From the NCBI GenBank assembly GCA_029864335.1, contig JAOTTS010000002.1:84671-116670 (forward strand): DNA of 32,000 nt, in the 5' to 3' direction. A model generated the notes under the pieces. That model was not told where the DNA came from. It did not search any database and saw only the letters and a program-made list of their open reading frames with translations. Both the position numbers and the translations under genes were made by a program. Below are positions 1 through 9,418 of the stretch, piece by piece (position 1 is the stretch's first letter; each line of letters begins with the position of its first letter). The stretch is from Nitrosopumilus sp. (GTDB lineage Archaea > Thermoproteota > Nitrososphaeria > Nitrososphaerales > Nitrosopumilaceae).

Positions 1-314
1 ATCCAGACAAATTATCTCCTCGATTAGTATTGGATTCTACTCCTAGTATTGATAAAGAATATCTATACAACATGGTTAAACAAAAATTTGAAAATGATGG
101 AAACATAGATTCAGTAGATATATTATTGGAGGCAACTTCAAAAGATAGTTCAGTTATTGTTAGAACAAAATATGTAGGCTGTGAAATAGATCAATATTGG
201 TTAGGTACAAATATTCCTGACACTCAAGCCCAAGATTTAAAATCAAACAGTATGGAATACTATGAACAATTCTTTTTTAAATGTGAAAATTATTCTGTTA
301 ATCCTGATTTTTAA
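1..314 (+). CDS. hypothetical protein, probably 5'-partial
   Basis: The track ORF 30..314 starts at a TTG. The same frame stays open back to nt 3, so the real start may lie upstream of the window. No recognisable motif. Confidence 0.4.
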   Translation, partial: PDKLSPRLVLDSTPSIDKEYLYNMVKQKFENDGNIDSVDILLEATSKDSSVIVRTKYVGCEIDQYWLGTNIPDTQAQDLKSNSMEYYEQFFFKCENYSVNPDF

Positions 315-385
315 TATCTTGACAATTTTTACTAGACAAGTATTGGTTAGTTAATTTTTTACACACTCAATACTCTGATATATTT

Positions 386-430
386 ACAGAGTTTTTTACA
401 AAGTTTTTTGTAGAGTTTTTTGCAGAGTGA
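386..430. repeat. 12-nt tandem repeat with three phased T6 runs (acagagtttttt / acaaagtttttt / gtagagtttttt / gcagagtga)
   Basis: Read directly, with units starting at 386, 398, 410 and 422. It lies about 70 nt after the upstream + ORF stop and about 160 nt before the TPR gene. It may be a set of stacked oligo-T archaeal terminators or a regulatory element. Confidence 0.75.
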
Positions 431-588
431 TTGAATTGAATGATGATATACTCTGAATCAGCAAAAAATATAAAAATCATATTTTATACCATTATCCCAA
501 AAAATAACCAGACCCAAACTCAAGCGATCTATGCTCATGATATTTTGTTGACAAAACCTACATTATTAACAAAATATCATCAGACATT

Positions 589-1086
589 GTGAGTAATGAA
601 ATAGATGAGATGCTGGAACAAGCCTTTGAGTACGCCGATGAGGAAAAATTTGATGATGCCCTTAGACTATATGATTTAGCCCTAAAAAAAGAGCCTGAAA
701 ACATTAACGCATTGGTAGACAAAGGCGTGACCCTACAAAACATGGGACGAATTAAACAAGCAATCAGATCATATGACAAGGCACTTTTGATTTCCCCCAA
801 TTTCCTTGATGCCTTATTGAATAAGGGCGCTGCATTACATTCAGTTCAAAAATATCTTGAAGCAATAGAATGCTATGATACTGCATTAAAGATTGACAAA
901 AAATGTGCTATGGCACTTGCTTACAAAGGACTTTCGTTAGGTGAAATGGGAAAACTACAAGATGCCCTAAAACATTTCAAAAAAGCACTTTCTATTGACA
1001 AACATTTTGACTTGGCAAATATCTCAAAGGATATTGCCCAAGATCTACTAAAATCCATTAAAGAAAAGAAATCTAAAACACAGTAA
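589..1086 (+). CDS. TPR repeat protein
   Basis: Four consecutive 34-aa units have TPR spacing (ALRLYDLALKKEPENINALVDKG, AIRSYDKALLISPNFLDALLNKG, AIECYDTALKIDKKCAMALAYKG, ALKHFKKALSIDKHF). The track start is GTG and an ATG lies 7 codons downstream. Confidence 0.8.
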   Translation: MSNEIDEMLEQAFEYADEEKFDDALRLYDLALKKEPENINALVDKGVTLQNMGRIKQAIRSYDKALLISPNFLDALLNKGAALHSVQKYLEAIECYDTALKIDKKCAMALAYKGLSLGEMGKLQDALKHFKKALSIDKHFDLANISKDIAQDLLKSIKEKKSKTQ

Positions 1087-1246
1087 CATCACCTGGAGCC
1101 GGTTGCCTTTTAATGTCTTTTTCATGGGATTCTAAAGATTCTTTATGCTTTAATTTTTGATGCTCCCTTAATTTCTCGATGTTTTCAAAACCCTCATGAC
1201 ACAAGTAACATTTTGGTTTGTGCTCATCAACTAGTGGGAGTACCAT
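1073..1246 (-). CDS. small C2H2 zinc-finger protein (57 aa, below the track threshold)
   Basis: Hand translation gives MVLPLVDEHKPKCYLCHEGFENIEKLREHQKLKHKESLESHEKDIKRQPAPGDVTVF, which has a C-x2-C-x12-H-x4-H pattern. It has an ATG start and overlaps the convergent TPR gene end by 14 nt. Confidence 0.5.
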   Translation of the reverse strand: MVLPLVDEHKPKCYLCHEGFENIEKLREHQKLKHKESLESHEKDIKRQPAPGDVTVF

Positions 1247-1320
1247 AATAATGCTGGATTTCAGTATTACTTATTTCTTGAGACTATAAGGAATATATCA
1301 TGATGGTGATATGACATATC

Positions 1321-2418
1321 ATGTTAGAGCAACTAGTTGGAGATTCTCAAGTATTAGATCATGCAATAGCAGGAGAGGAACTGTCATACAAAGATGGTCT
1401 TGAATTGATGAATTATGACAATCAACACATTCTTGCAGCAGTTGCAGATAATACCCGAAAAAAACTAGTTGGAGATACAGTCACTTTTGCAGCGTCATAT
1501 TACATGAATTACACAAATGTTTGTACTGCAAGCTGCCAAATGTGTGCTTTTTATCGAAAAGAAGGTGCAGATGATGCATATACTCTAACTCCTCAAGAAA
1601 TTCAACAAAGAGTAAGTATTGCAGAACAGATGGGCGCAACTGAAGTTCACATAGTAGGAGGATTCCATCCAACATTACCGTTGGAATATTATGAAGATAT
1701 GATGAAAGTAATCAAAAAGAATCATCCTCAACTAAACATCAAAGCACTTACCGCAGCTGAGATTTACTTTTTATCAAAATTGACAAAAAATTCCACAAAA
1801 GAAATTCTATCTCGTCTTAAATCTGCTGGACTTGATTCAATGCCAGGTGGAGGTGCTGAACTATTTCATCCTGAAATTCGAGATAAGATTGTAAGAGGAA
1901 AATGTACAGGTCAACAATGGCTCGATGTAATTGAAGAAGCGCATAATATGGGAATTCAAAGTAATGTTACAATGCTATATGGGCATATCGAAAAACCAGA
2001 ACACATCGTTGATCATTTAATTAAAATCCGTGAATTACAAAAAAAGACCAATGGCTTCATTACATTAATTCCGTTAAAGTTCAGCTTGGATAATACTGAA
2101 TTGGAGCAACAACATTTAGTGAACAATGAATGCTCATCATTATATGATTTGAAGATAATTGCACTTTCAAGACTAATGCTTGCAAATGTCTTAAACAATA
2201 TCTCTGTTTATTGGGTTGCATATGGTAAGAAACTGGCACAAGTTGCATTATCAAATGGCGGAAGTGATTTGGTTGGAACTGCATTTTCTGAGGAAATTTA
2301 TCGTGCAGCAGGAAAACCTACAGCATCATCTGTGGAAGAATTGGCTACTATGGTAAAAGAAATTGGACGTTCTCCTGCACAGAGAAATACTCACTTTGGA
2401 ATCCTAAAACAATTCTAG
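1321..2418 (+). CDS. radical SAM enzyme of the CofH/MqnC/MqnE group (futalosine-pathway menaquinone biosynthesis)
   Basis: It has a CxxxCxxC cluster (CTASCQMCAF), is 365 aa long, and has a TIM-barrel-type layout with GGSDLVGT near the C-terminus. An MqnA/D-family gene lies 2 kb away. I cannot distinguish MqnC from MqnE by eye. Confidence 0.8.
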   Translation: MLEQLVGDSQVLDHAIAGEELSYKDGLELMNYDNQHILAAVADNTRKKLVGDTVTFAASYYMNYTNVCTASCQMCAFYRKEGADDAYTLTPQEIQQRVSIAEQMGATEVHIVGGFHPTLPLEYYEDMMKVIKKNHPQLNIKALTAAEIYFLSKLTKNSTKEILSRLKSAGLDSMPGGGAELFHPEIRDKIVRGKCTGQQWLDVIEEAHNMGIQSNVTMLYGHIEKPEHIVDHLIKIRELQKKTNGFITLIPLKFSLDNTELEQQHLVNNECSSLYDLKIIALSRLMLANVLNNISVYWVAYGKKLAQVALSNGGSDLVGTAFSEEIYRAAGKPTASSVEELATMVKEIGRSPAQRNTHFGILKQF

Positions 2419-2473
2419 TTTTTATGCTTTGAAAAAATTTAACACTTTTTAGATACAGTGCCTTGCCTTAAGT

Positions 2474-2872
2474 ATGGAAAAATATGAAAAATTACTAAAT
2501 ATGTTAATGGATTTTAATTCTGATATACGATTTGCAGCAGTTTGTGATAAAAATGGAGAAATTCTCTGGAATAGTAAACGTACCAATGTAAGAAATATGG
2601 TACCCTTGAGTGATACAAAAAAGACTCTTCAACGAGCCGTAAGTGCTTGGGAAGAACGCTCAAAAATTGCAGATATAGTTGGAAGAGGGATGTATGTAAT
2701 TGCAGCTTATGAAAAAATAAAGAGGATAACTATTCCGTTAGACAATAAACATATTTTGTTTATCAGCATAGATAATCCCCCATTAAGATCTACAAATAAG
2801 AAGAGTTATGGACATTTAGTTGAAATGGGAAAAATAATGTCTATTGTTGATTTCGTAAATTCTGCAAACTAA
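2474..2872 (+). CDS. small Roadblock/LC7-like protein, paralog 1 of 4 in this window
   Basis: It has an N-terminal helix, then a hairpin IRFAAVCDKNGEILW, then later GMYVIAAYEKIKRITIPLDNKHILFISID. The same architecture is seen at 12225..12662, 22285..22683 and 26492..26893. The fold assignment is inference. Confidence 0.65.
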   Translation: MEKYEKLLNMLMDFNSDIRFAAVCDKNGEILWNSKRTNVRNMVPLSDTKKTLQRAVSAWEERSKIADIVGRGMYVIAAYEKIKRITIPLDNKHILFISIDNPPLRSTNKKSYGHLVEMGKIMSIVDFVNSAN

Positions 2873-2883
2873 ATAACTCTTAA

Positions 2884-3192
2884 TTATTTTTCCATGTATT
2901 TCTTCATAGAATCAAGTTTTTCTTCCATCTTGAGATGTTTGTCTCTTCTTGAATCAATTTTTATTACAACTTCAACTCTAGCAATCCCAAGATTGTGAAC
3001 TACGTTCATCATTGTTTTTGTTGCGCTATTAATTACATCAATATTGTCTGACTCCAAAATTGTCCCCATAGGATTAATTTGATATCTCAAATTATCGACA
3101 TTTTGAATCGATTCTATTGCCTTTGCAATGTAAAAACTGGCACTAGTAGTCTTAGTTGCCATAGGGTATATGGAAATTTCAGCTTGAATCAA
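2884..3192 (-). CDS. MTH1187/YkoF-family (DUF77) thiamine-binding-like protein
   Basis: This 102-aa protein has AEISIYPM...SFYIAKAIE...RYQINPMGTILE...IKIDSRRDK, which is colinear with the MTH1187 family pattern (AELTVIPLG...YEISGMGTLLE...KIDDRRD). Confidence 0.85.
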   Translation of the reverse strand: MIQAEISIYPMATKTTSASFYIAKAIESIQNVDNLRYQINPMGTILESDNIDVINSATKTMMNVVHNLGIARVEVVIKIDSRRDKHLKMEEKLDSMKKYMEK

Positions 3193-3255
3193 GATTGATT
3201 TTATACTCTTATTTTCATAATTATATCTTCTATTTGATTAATAGTGAGAAATTGA

Positions 3256-3366
3256 TTATGGTGTTGGTTTGATAGCTTTAGATTCTCTATCGCGTTTACA
3301 AAAACTACAATACTCCTCTGATGAATTTCTACTAATTGGAGTTAGGCAATCATGACAATACTTCAT
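3256..3366 (-). CDS. Zn-ribbon mini-protein (36 aa)
   Basis: Hand translation gives MKYCHDCLTPISRNSSEEYCSFCKRDRESKAIKPTP, which has two CxxC pairs and an ATG start. Confidence 0.4.
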   Translation of the reverse strand: MKYCHDCLTPISRNSSEEYCSFCKRDRESKAIKPTP

Positions 3367-3464
3367 GCATATTGTAGATTAATCTAGTATATTAGGTAAC
3401 TAATTCTGAATTCTAATGATTTTTTATTAAATTGTTAATACCGATAGATTTCCTCTAAACATTG

Positions 3465-3620
3465 ATGATTCATAAAATTCGTTATTTTGAATCCAAACAG
3501 CTATCTGAAGGAGTTTATCTTCAAGATGTTGTTAATGACTTTCTATCCAAAAAAGGTGATAGTATAATTGCCGTTTTGCCTGTTATGGAGAGTGCCTTGT
3601 TAGTCCACTATATGGAATAA
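3465..3620 (+). CDS. hypothetical small protein (51 aa)
   Basis: Hand translation gives MIHKIRYFESKQLSEGVYLQDVVNDFLSKKGDSIIAVLPVMESALLVHYME. Its composition is protein-like. No motif. Confidence 0.3.
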   Translation: MIHKIRYFESKQLSEGVYLQDVVNDFLSKKGDSIIAVLPVMESALLVHYME

Positions 3621-3765
3621 CCTTCTATTTTTTTATCTAATTTCAAAAACAATTAATCCACTGTTGGTAAAAATTATATGATCTTGGTAAATGATTAGTT
3701 ACTTATAGAACTGCCCTCCTTTAATGAAAAGATGAGAATATCTTACTGGGACTTAGAAACTAAAA

Positions 3766-3879
3766 ATGATTAAAGAAAAATGTGATAGATGCGGTTCACC
3801 CTTAGGAACTGAAAGCAGAAAAACTAAACAAAGATTTTGTGGTAATTGTAAAAAGAAATTTGAATTATATCGAAAATAA
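3766..3879 (+). CDS. Zn-ribbon mini-protein (37 aa)
   Basis: Hand translation gives MIKEKCDRCGSPLGTESRKTKQRFCGNCKKKFELYRK, which has two CxxC pairs and a basic tail. Confidence 0.45.
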   Translation: MIKEKCDRCGSPLGTESRKTKQRFCGNCKKKFELYRK

Positions 3880-3891
3880 TGTTTATTTAGA

Positions 3892-4170
3892 TTATTCGGC
3901 GGGCTTTTTTTCTTTTCTTTTAACACTGTCTTTTTTTCTTCTGGCACCAAAACTAATCAATACCAGCAAAAATCCAATACCAATTAGCATTCCAGCTAAT
4001 GTATTATAGTCTTGATTTTCTTGCTGTGCAATTAGCAGATCCACTATCTCCTCTTCAGTCATTCCTGCCTGACCTGCAGGCATTGTTGCACTGATATTTA
4101 TCACCAATATTGTACCGACAATTATCATTGCAAGACCTCCTGCTAGTATTCTTTTATCAACTAGAACCAT
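3892..4170 (-). CDS. small membrane protein
   Basis: There are two hydrophobic segments (LAGGLAMIIVGTILVINI and LAGMLIGIGFLLVLISFG) and a basic C-terminal tail. The overlapping 3753..3950 ORF looks spurious. Confidence 0.55.
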   Translation of the reverse strand: MVLVDKRILAGGLAMIIVGTILVINISATMPAGQAGMTEEEIVDLLIAQQENQDYNTLAGMLIGIGFLLVLISFGARRKKDSVKRKEKKPAE

Positions 4171-4218
4171 TTGATAACACTAGTTATGGTTTCACCATAT
4201 ATTAGGCATTTTCTTATT

Positions 4219-4509
4219 CTAGAATCCTTCAGGTGGTTTTTGAACAAAAACATTGCAAACAAGTACATCTGTTTTTGAATCTCTGTATTGAACATTACAT
4301 GACACAAACTTCCCTTTCAATGCACGCTCTAGATCTTCTTTTGTAGTTTCTCCATATTGAGGTTGATCAGGATCATCAATTTTTCCAATCATTATTTTTT
4401 CAATCTTGCCATATTCTTCCTGATTATCTTTTCGTGTGTGACTAACAAGTAATTCAAATACGTTGTTTGTTAGGATCCCAATTACGGCTCCACCAATCCC
4501 GTCTCCCAT
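4219..4509 (-). CDS. hypothetical protein
   Basis: A 96-aa ORF with typical composition and an ATG start. No motif recognised. Confidence 0.55.
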   Translation of the reverse strand: MGDGIGGAVIGILTNNVFELLVSHTRKDNQEEYGKIEKIMIGKIDDPDQPQYGETTKEDLERALKGKFVSCNVQYRDSKTDVLVCNVFVQKPPEGF

Positions 4510-4535
4510 GTTTTGAAAATTTTTTTGTTCTATAA

Positions 4536-5363
4536 TTACTTGGTGGCTATACTGAGTTCAAAGTCTGGAACCAATTTTTTCTCTTTAGCCATCTCAAAGA
4601 GTCTCTTGATTGATTCTTCTCCAAGAACTCCCATATTTACTGTTACTTGGTTGACATACATTTTTACAAACTTTTCAATCAAATCACGTGGTTTTCCTCT
4701 GGAATACTGCATTGCATATTCTATAGCATTATCAAAATTCTCTAAACCAAACTCTATTGATGATTGGAGATATTTGTCAAACTTTACAATTGTTTCCATG
4801 CCTAGGTATGTTCTCATAACATTGATTCCAAGTGGAACTGGTAGTCCGTTTGTTGTCTTGTCCCACCATTCACCAACATCCAAAATTTTGACGTTACCTT
4901 CTTGTTCATATGATAATTGAGTTTCATGAATTACCAACCCTGCGTCAACCTTGCCTGAATTTACTGCTTCTGGAATGTCACTAAAATTCATCTCAACATA
5001 ATCAAATTTTCCAATCATTAACTGAAGTAGTAAAAATGCAGATGTCATTTTTCCAGGAATTGCAATTTTACATTTTTTTAATTCATCAATTGATTTTTGC
5101 TCTCTTGCTGTAACAATTGGACCATATCCTATTCCAAAACTTCCACCACTTCTCAATATAGTATATCCTGGAATGTACGCACATGCATGAACTGACACTG
5201 CTGTGACATCAAGTTCTGGATCTGTTGCCTTTCGATTTAATTTCTCAATATCTTCAATAACGTGATTTACTTTAAAGTCTGGAGATGGAACTTTGCCTGT
5301 AAACATTCCATAAAACATGAATGCATCATCAGAGTCAGGAGTGTGACCTACAGAAATTTCCAT
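4536..5363 (-). CDS. MqnA/MqnD-family menaquinone (futalosine pathway) biosynthesis protein
   Basis: It has the N-terminal GHTPDSDDAFMFYGM motif, is 275 aa long, and has the periplasmic-binding-protein-like layout typical of the MqnA/MqnD family. The antisense ORF 4513..4920 is rejected. Confidence 0.8.
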   Translation of the reverse strand: MEISVGHTPDSDDAFMFYGMFTGKVPSPDFKVNHVIEDIEKLNRKATDPELDVTAVSVHACAYIPGYTILRSGGSFGIGYGPIVTAREQKSIDELKKCKIAIPGKMTSAFLLLQLMIGKFDYVEMNFSDIPEAVNSGKVDAGLVIHETQLSYEQEGNVKILDVGEWWDKTTNGLPVPLGINVMRTYLGMETIVKFDKYLQSSIEFGLENFDNAIEYAMQYSRGKPRDLIEKFVKMYVNQVTVNMGVLGEESIKRLFEMAKEKKLVPDFELSIATK

Positions 5364-5447
5364 GTTTATTTCCTAAATTCTCGTAATAAATACCAAAACC
5401 TAACGTTGAATCGTTTTTCTAATATATGTCTGAAATAACTTATCATT

Positions 5448-6353
5448 ATGAATTCAATTGAAGCATATGAAAAAGACATTGAATATCAATTGAATTTCTT
5501 AAAATCTTTTAAAAAACAAAAAACTATTTCTCAAAATCTTCAAAAAAATATTTTGTTTACTGGAAGTGGCGATTCACTTATGTCTTCAATGTTGGCCGAA
5601 TCGTTTTCCGATGGAATTGTAAAAGCAATGGATCCACTAGATTTGTATTCAAATAAGGAACTTGTAAAATCCAAACATGTCTATTTTGTATCAATATCTG
5701 GAAATACTATTACTAACATTAAGGTTGCAAAGATTGCAAAAAATGCAACTGCGATAACATCTAATCCTAACAGTAAATTGGCAAAGGTATCTGATGAAAC
5801 AATTTTGCTTGTCTATCCAAATAGTGGTGTATTCACTGCTGGCAGTATCTCATTTTTAGAAAGTACGCTCACGTGTATTTCTTTGGTCAGAAAGATAGTG
5901 ATTCCAAAAAATGGCAAATTATTCTTTAAAGCAAAATCTGATACAAACAGAGTAAAAATTTCAAAAAGACTGTTTATTTTGGGAAATATGTATACTTACC
6001 CATTAGCAATGTATTGTGCTGCAAAATTTTATGAAATTTTAGGCTATGATGCGCATTATTGTAGAATAGAACAATTCTCTCACATGGAATTGTTTTCTAC
6101 CAAAAAAGGTGACACTGTAATAATTTTTGAGGAGAAAAACTCTCACAATAAACATCTTGTAAAAAACCTCCAAAAAATTGGCATAAATGTAATCCATCCT
6201 GATGTTCCATCTGACAAGATACCTCAAATTATTTACTTCACATTTTTCTCCCAACTTCTTTCTCTAAACGAGGCAAAAAAGAAAAAGAAGAACGATTGCC
6301 ATTTTGTTACTGCAGATAAAATTCGAAATGTTTCAAACCAAATGATCTATTGA
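5448..6353 (+). CDS. SIS-domain protein (phosphosugar isomerase/binding family)
   Basis: It has ILFTGSGDSLMSS (GxGxS-type loop) and VYFVSISGNTITN (SxSGxT), which are characteristic of SIS domains. It is 301 aa long. Confidence 0.7.
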   Translation: MNSIEAYEKDIEYQLNFLKSFKKQKTISQNLQKNILFTGSGDSLMSSMLAESFSDGIVKAMDPLDLYSNKELVKSKHVYFVSISGNTITNIKVAKIAKNATAITSNPNSKLAKVSDETILLVYPNSGVFTAGSISFLESTLTCISLVRKIVIPKNGKLFFKAKSDTNRVKISKRLFILGNMYTYPLAMYCAAKFYEILGYDAHYCRIEQFSHMELFSTKKGDTVIIFEEKNSHNKHLVKNLQKIGINVIHPDVPSDKIPQIIYFTFFSQLLSLNEAKKKKKNDCHFVTADKIRNVSNQMIY

Positions 6354-6401
6354 TCTTTTACAAGGCTAAGGTTTAATACCTGAATCTTAGGGTCTGCGAA
6401 T

Positions 6402-8594
6402 ATGGTGAAATTCAAGTCAACAGGGGAAGTTCTAAAAATTATCAAGAACAAAGACCAAATCCGTAACTTTGGTGTCATTGCTCACGTTGACCATGGAAAG
6501 ACTACAATGAGTGATAGCCTTTTGGCAAACTCTGGAATTATTGCACCATCTGCTGCTGGAAAAGCTTTGGCAATGGACTTTGACAAAGAAGAACAAGCAA
6601 GAGGAATTACAATTTATCAAGCAAACGTTACTTTACACTTTACAAAAAATGATAAAGAATATGTTATAAACATGATTGATACGCCTGGACACGTAGATTT
6701 TAGTGGAAGGGTAATTCGAAGCCTTAGGGCAATTGATGGTGCAGTAGTAGTTTGTGATGCCGTCGAAGGTATTATGACTCAAACAGAAACTGTAACTAGA
6801 ATGGCTCTGGAAGAACGTGTAAAACCAGTTTTGTTTATCAATAAAGTTGATAGACTCATCAAAGAACTAAGATTAACTCCTGAAAAAATGCAGCAACAAT
6901 TAGCAGATGTCGTATCTAACTTTAATCAATTAATTGACACATATGCAGAACCAGAATACAAAGAAAAATGGAAAGTATCAATTCAGGATGCTAGCGTAAC
7001 ATTTGGCTCTGCAAAGGATAGATGGGCAATTAATCTTGATTTGATGAAAGAGCGAGGAATTTCATTTAAAGATGTGATTGATGCATATCAGAATGAAAAA
7101 GTTGATGAACTTGTAGAAAAGGCACCTCTAGCTGATGCAGTACTTGGAATGGTTGTAAAACATCATCCTGCACCACATGAAGCAGTGAAATATAGAATTC
7201 CACAAATTTGGAAAGGTGATTTAGATTCAGATGTTGGAAAAGCATTACTTGCATGTAGTGATGATGGTCCAACAATCATGATGATTGTAAACATGGTATT
7301 AGATCCAGCAGCAGGACCTGTAGCAATTGGTAGACTCTTTTCTGGTAAAATTAAAGACGGACAAACAATTAACATTATTGATTCAAAAAGAGAGGGACGT
7401 GTACAATCTGTCAATTTCTTTATGGGAAACCAAAGAGAACAAGTAGGCGAACTTGGGGCTGGAAATATTCCTGCATTACTTGGATTAACCGAAGCAAGAG
7501 CAGGGAACACATTATCTTCAGTTAAAGGCATTCCAATGTTTGAAGGCGTTCACTATGTTTCAGAACCTGTTGTTCAAATTGCAATAGAACCAAAACATCC
7601 TAAAGACTTACCCAAACTTGTTGAAATTCTCAAACAATTAACCATTGAGGATCCAAACCTTATTGTAAAAATTGATGAGGAAAGTGGCGAAACAATTGTT
7701 GCCGGAATGGGCGTTTTACATCTTGATGTTGCAACTCATAGAATCCAAGATGCAAAATGTGAAATTATAACATCTGAGCCTTTGATTAACTATAGGGAAA
7801 CAGTAAAGGGAGGATGTGAACCAATTATGGCAAAATCTCCAAACAGACACAATAAAATTTTCATGAAAGTAGAACCACTAGAGCCTGAAATCGCTCACAT
7901 GCTAAGAACTGGAGAAATCAGTGATATGAAAGACAAGAAGATTGTTGCAGAACTACTAAAGAAAGCTGGATGGGATACTGATACAATTAAGAGAGTTATG
8001 AAATTTGATTCTCGTGGCAATGTTTTGATTAACGGAACAAAAGGCGTGCAGTTTGTACAAGAATCAACTGATTCTATAAATTCTGGATTTGAAGAAGTCA
8101 TGAAAGAAGGACCTCTATGTAAAGAACAGATGAGGGATTGCAAGTTTATCTTTACTCACTTTGTACCCCATGAAGATACGGCACACAGAGGACTCTCTCA
8201 ACTAGGCCCTGCTTCTAGAAGAGCATGTATGGGTGCTTTGTTAACTGCAGGAACTGCTGTTTTAGAACCAACTTTGGCTATCGAGGTTCGTGTTCCTACT
8301 GATTTGGTTGGAAATGTTGCAACTGTTCTTTCTGGGAAGAGAGGTAAAGTTCTTGACATGTCTCAAAAAGGTGCCTCAAGTATCATTACAGGTGAGATTC
8401 CAGCTTCTGAGACATTCACACTATCTGAAGAGATGAGAGGCCAAACAGCAGGACGCGCAACATGGAATACTTCCTTTAAGGAATGGACCGAAGTTCCAAA
8501 ATCCATGTTAGGGCCAGCAGTAGCTGAGATTAGAAAGAGAAAAGGATTGGCACCAGACCCACCAGGTATTAACGAGTTTATCGACAAAGAGTAA
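6402..8594 (+). CDS. fusA: translation elongation factor aEF-2
   Basis: It has G1 AHVDHGKTT, G3 DTPGHVDF, G4 NKVDR and the domain IV loop HEDTAHRG (diphthamide His context). It is 730 aa long. Confidence 0.97.
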   Translation: MVKFKSTGEVLKIIKNKDQIRNFGVIAHVDHGKTTMSDSLLANSGIIAPSAAGKALAMDFDKEEQARGITIYQANVTLHFTKNDKEYVINMIDTPGHVDFSGRVIRSLRAIDGAVVVCDAVEGIMTQTETVTRMALEERVKPVLFINKVDRLIKELRLTPEKMQQQLADVVSNFNQLIDTYAEPEYKEKWKVSIQDASVTFGSAKDRWAINLDLMKERGISFKDVIDAYQNEKVDELVEKAPLADAVLGMVVKHHPAPHEAVKYRIPQIWKGDLDSDVGKALLACSDDGPTIMMIVNMVLDPAAGPVAIGRLFSGKIKDGQTINIIDSKREGRVQSVNFFMGNQREQVGELGAGNIPALLGLTEARAGNTLSSVKGIPMFEGVHYVSEPVVQIAIEPKHPKDLPKLVEILKQLTIEDPNLIVKIDEESGETIVAGMGVLHLDVATHRIQDAKCEIITSEPLINYRETVKGGCEPIMAKSPNRHNKIFMKVEPLEPEIAHMLRTGEISDMKDKKIVAELLKKAGWDTDTIKRVMKFDSRGNVLINGTKGVQFVQESTDSINSGFEEVMKEGPLCKEQMRDCKFIFTHFVPHEDTAHRGLSQLGPASRRACMGALLTAGTAVLEPTLAIEVRVPTDLVGNVATVLSGKRGKVLDMSQKGASSIITGEIPASETFTLSEEMRGQTAGRATWNTSFKEWTEVPKSMLGPAVAEIRKRKGLAPDPPGINEFIDKE

Positions 8595-8676
8595 AAAGGG
8601 AGAGCCCCCCTCGCAGGCGTAAATTTGTGTCGCTTTTAGAATGGACTAGGTAAGTACGTAGGTTATGATTTGTTAG
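8565..8676 (+). repeat. aEF-2 3'-end/downstream repeat, copy 1 (native copy)
   Basis: tttatcgacaaagagtaaaaag (8577-8598) and the following ~77 nt recur at 22065-22162 (-), 24729-~24800 (+) and 25872-25931 (-). Confidence 0.9.
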
Positions 8677-9409
8677 AGAATAAATTAGAATATGTTTTAA
8701 TAAAATTCAATCCAATAATTCTTTTCTTTTGAAATGAATCAGATTTTATTTCGTTTGAAATATCATCCTTTTCCTTTGAGAATTCATCACGGAGTTTTTT
8801 TACATCTGGACTCTCCTTTCCTTGATTAATTTGAAATTGATAATAAGTATGAAGAAATCCATAAAAAATACTTGTTGTAGTAATTCTTTCTAAATATGCT
8901 AAAGCCTTTGTTTGTTTTGTGTTTGGAGTAACGTACAGCGTAGGATTGTGATATCGCATATGAAAGGAATCTTTTTTAATTTCATTAAGAAATTGGAAGT
9001 TTTTTAAAATACTAGAGTTTTTCATTTTAGCAGAGTCATAATCTTTTGTAAATGGTTTGTAACCCAATTTAGCCATATTATTCTTAGTAAAATTATAGAA
9101 TTCAGGACCTATCTTAGACATTCTTTCTGTTGAATCTATGTATGGCCCTTGTAATTTTCTTGTATGTGTTTTGGATTTTGAAAGTTTGTTCCATTCTTTT
9201 TTAGTTAAAATTTCATTGTTGATTATTTTTTCTAAAACTAATTTCATTTTAGATAATTCTTCATGTGCTAAAACACTTAACGATAATGCAATTGGATATT
9301 TATTATTATTATAAAGAATTTCACTTGCTTCTAATAAGGATTGAATGTGTTCTTTACAAACTTTAAGATCATTATGAAGATTTCTAGGATTATCTTTTTG
9401 ATTATTCAA
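8663..9409 (-). CDS. hypothetical protein, AbiV/HEPN-like helical N-terminus (tentative)
   Basis: This 248-aa ORF has LLEASEILYNNNKYPIALSLSVLAHEELSKMKLV followed by KTHTRKL. That resembles the AbiV-family pattern (A..L..g.y..A..La.lA.EE.gK ... H..K). It starts 9 nt downstream of the PolB remnant on the same strand. Confidence 0.4.
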   Translation of the reverse strand: MNNQKDNPRNLHNDLKVCKEHIQSLLEASEILYNNNKYPIALSLSVLAHEELSKMKLVLEKIINNEILTKKEWNKLSKSKTHTRKLQGPYIDSTERMSKIGPEFYNFTKNNMAKLGYKPFTKDYDSAKMKNSSILKNFQFLNEIKKDSFHMRYHNPTLYVTPNTKQTKALAYLERITTTSIFYGFLHTYYQFQINQGKESPDVKKLRDEFSKEKDDISNEIKSDSFQKKRIIGLNFIKTYSNLFSNKS

Positions 9410-9418
9410 TTTTTTAAA

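Noticed and set aside
438-456. C/D-box sRNA (tgatga ... ctga)
   Set aside because: The C-like and D-like boxes are only 6 nt apart, and no C'/D' pair or terminal stem is present, so it does not fit archaeal C/D sRNA architecture.
558-800. 80-aa minus ORF
   Set aside because: It is antisense to the TPR gene and has no independent support.
4513-4920. 135-aa plus ORF
   Set aside because: It is entirely antisense to the MqnA/D-family gene and is an S/L/F/I-rich shadow ORF.
6432-8587. Five minus-strand track ORFs (6432..6620, 7066..7275, 7163..7531, 7895..8143, 8363..8587) inside the aEF-2 gene
   Set aside because: They are antisense to a very confidently identified, full-length conserved gene. 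Their compositions (Cys/Ser/Pro/Leu-rich) look like shadow ORFs.
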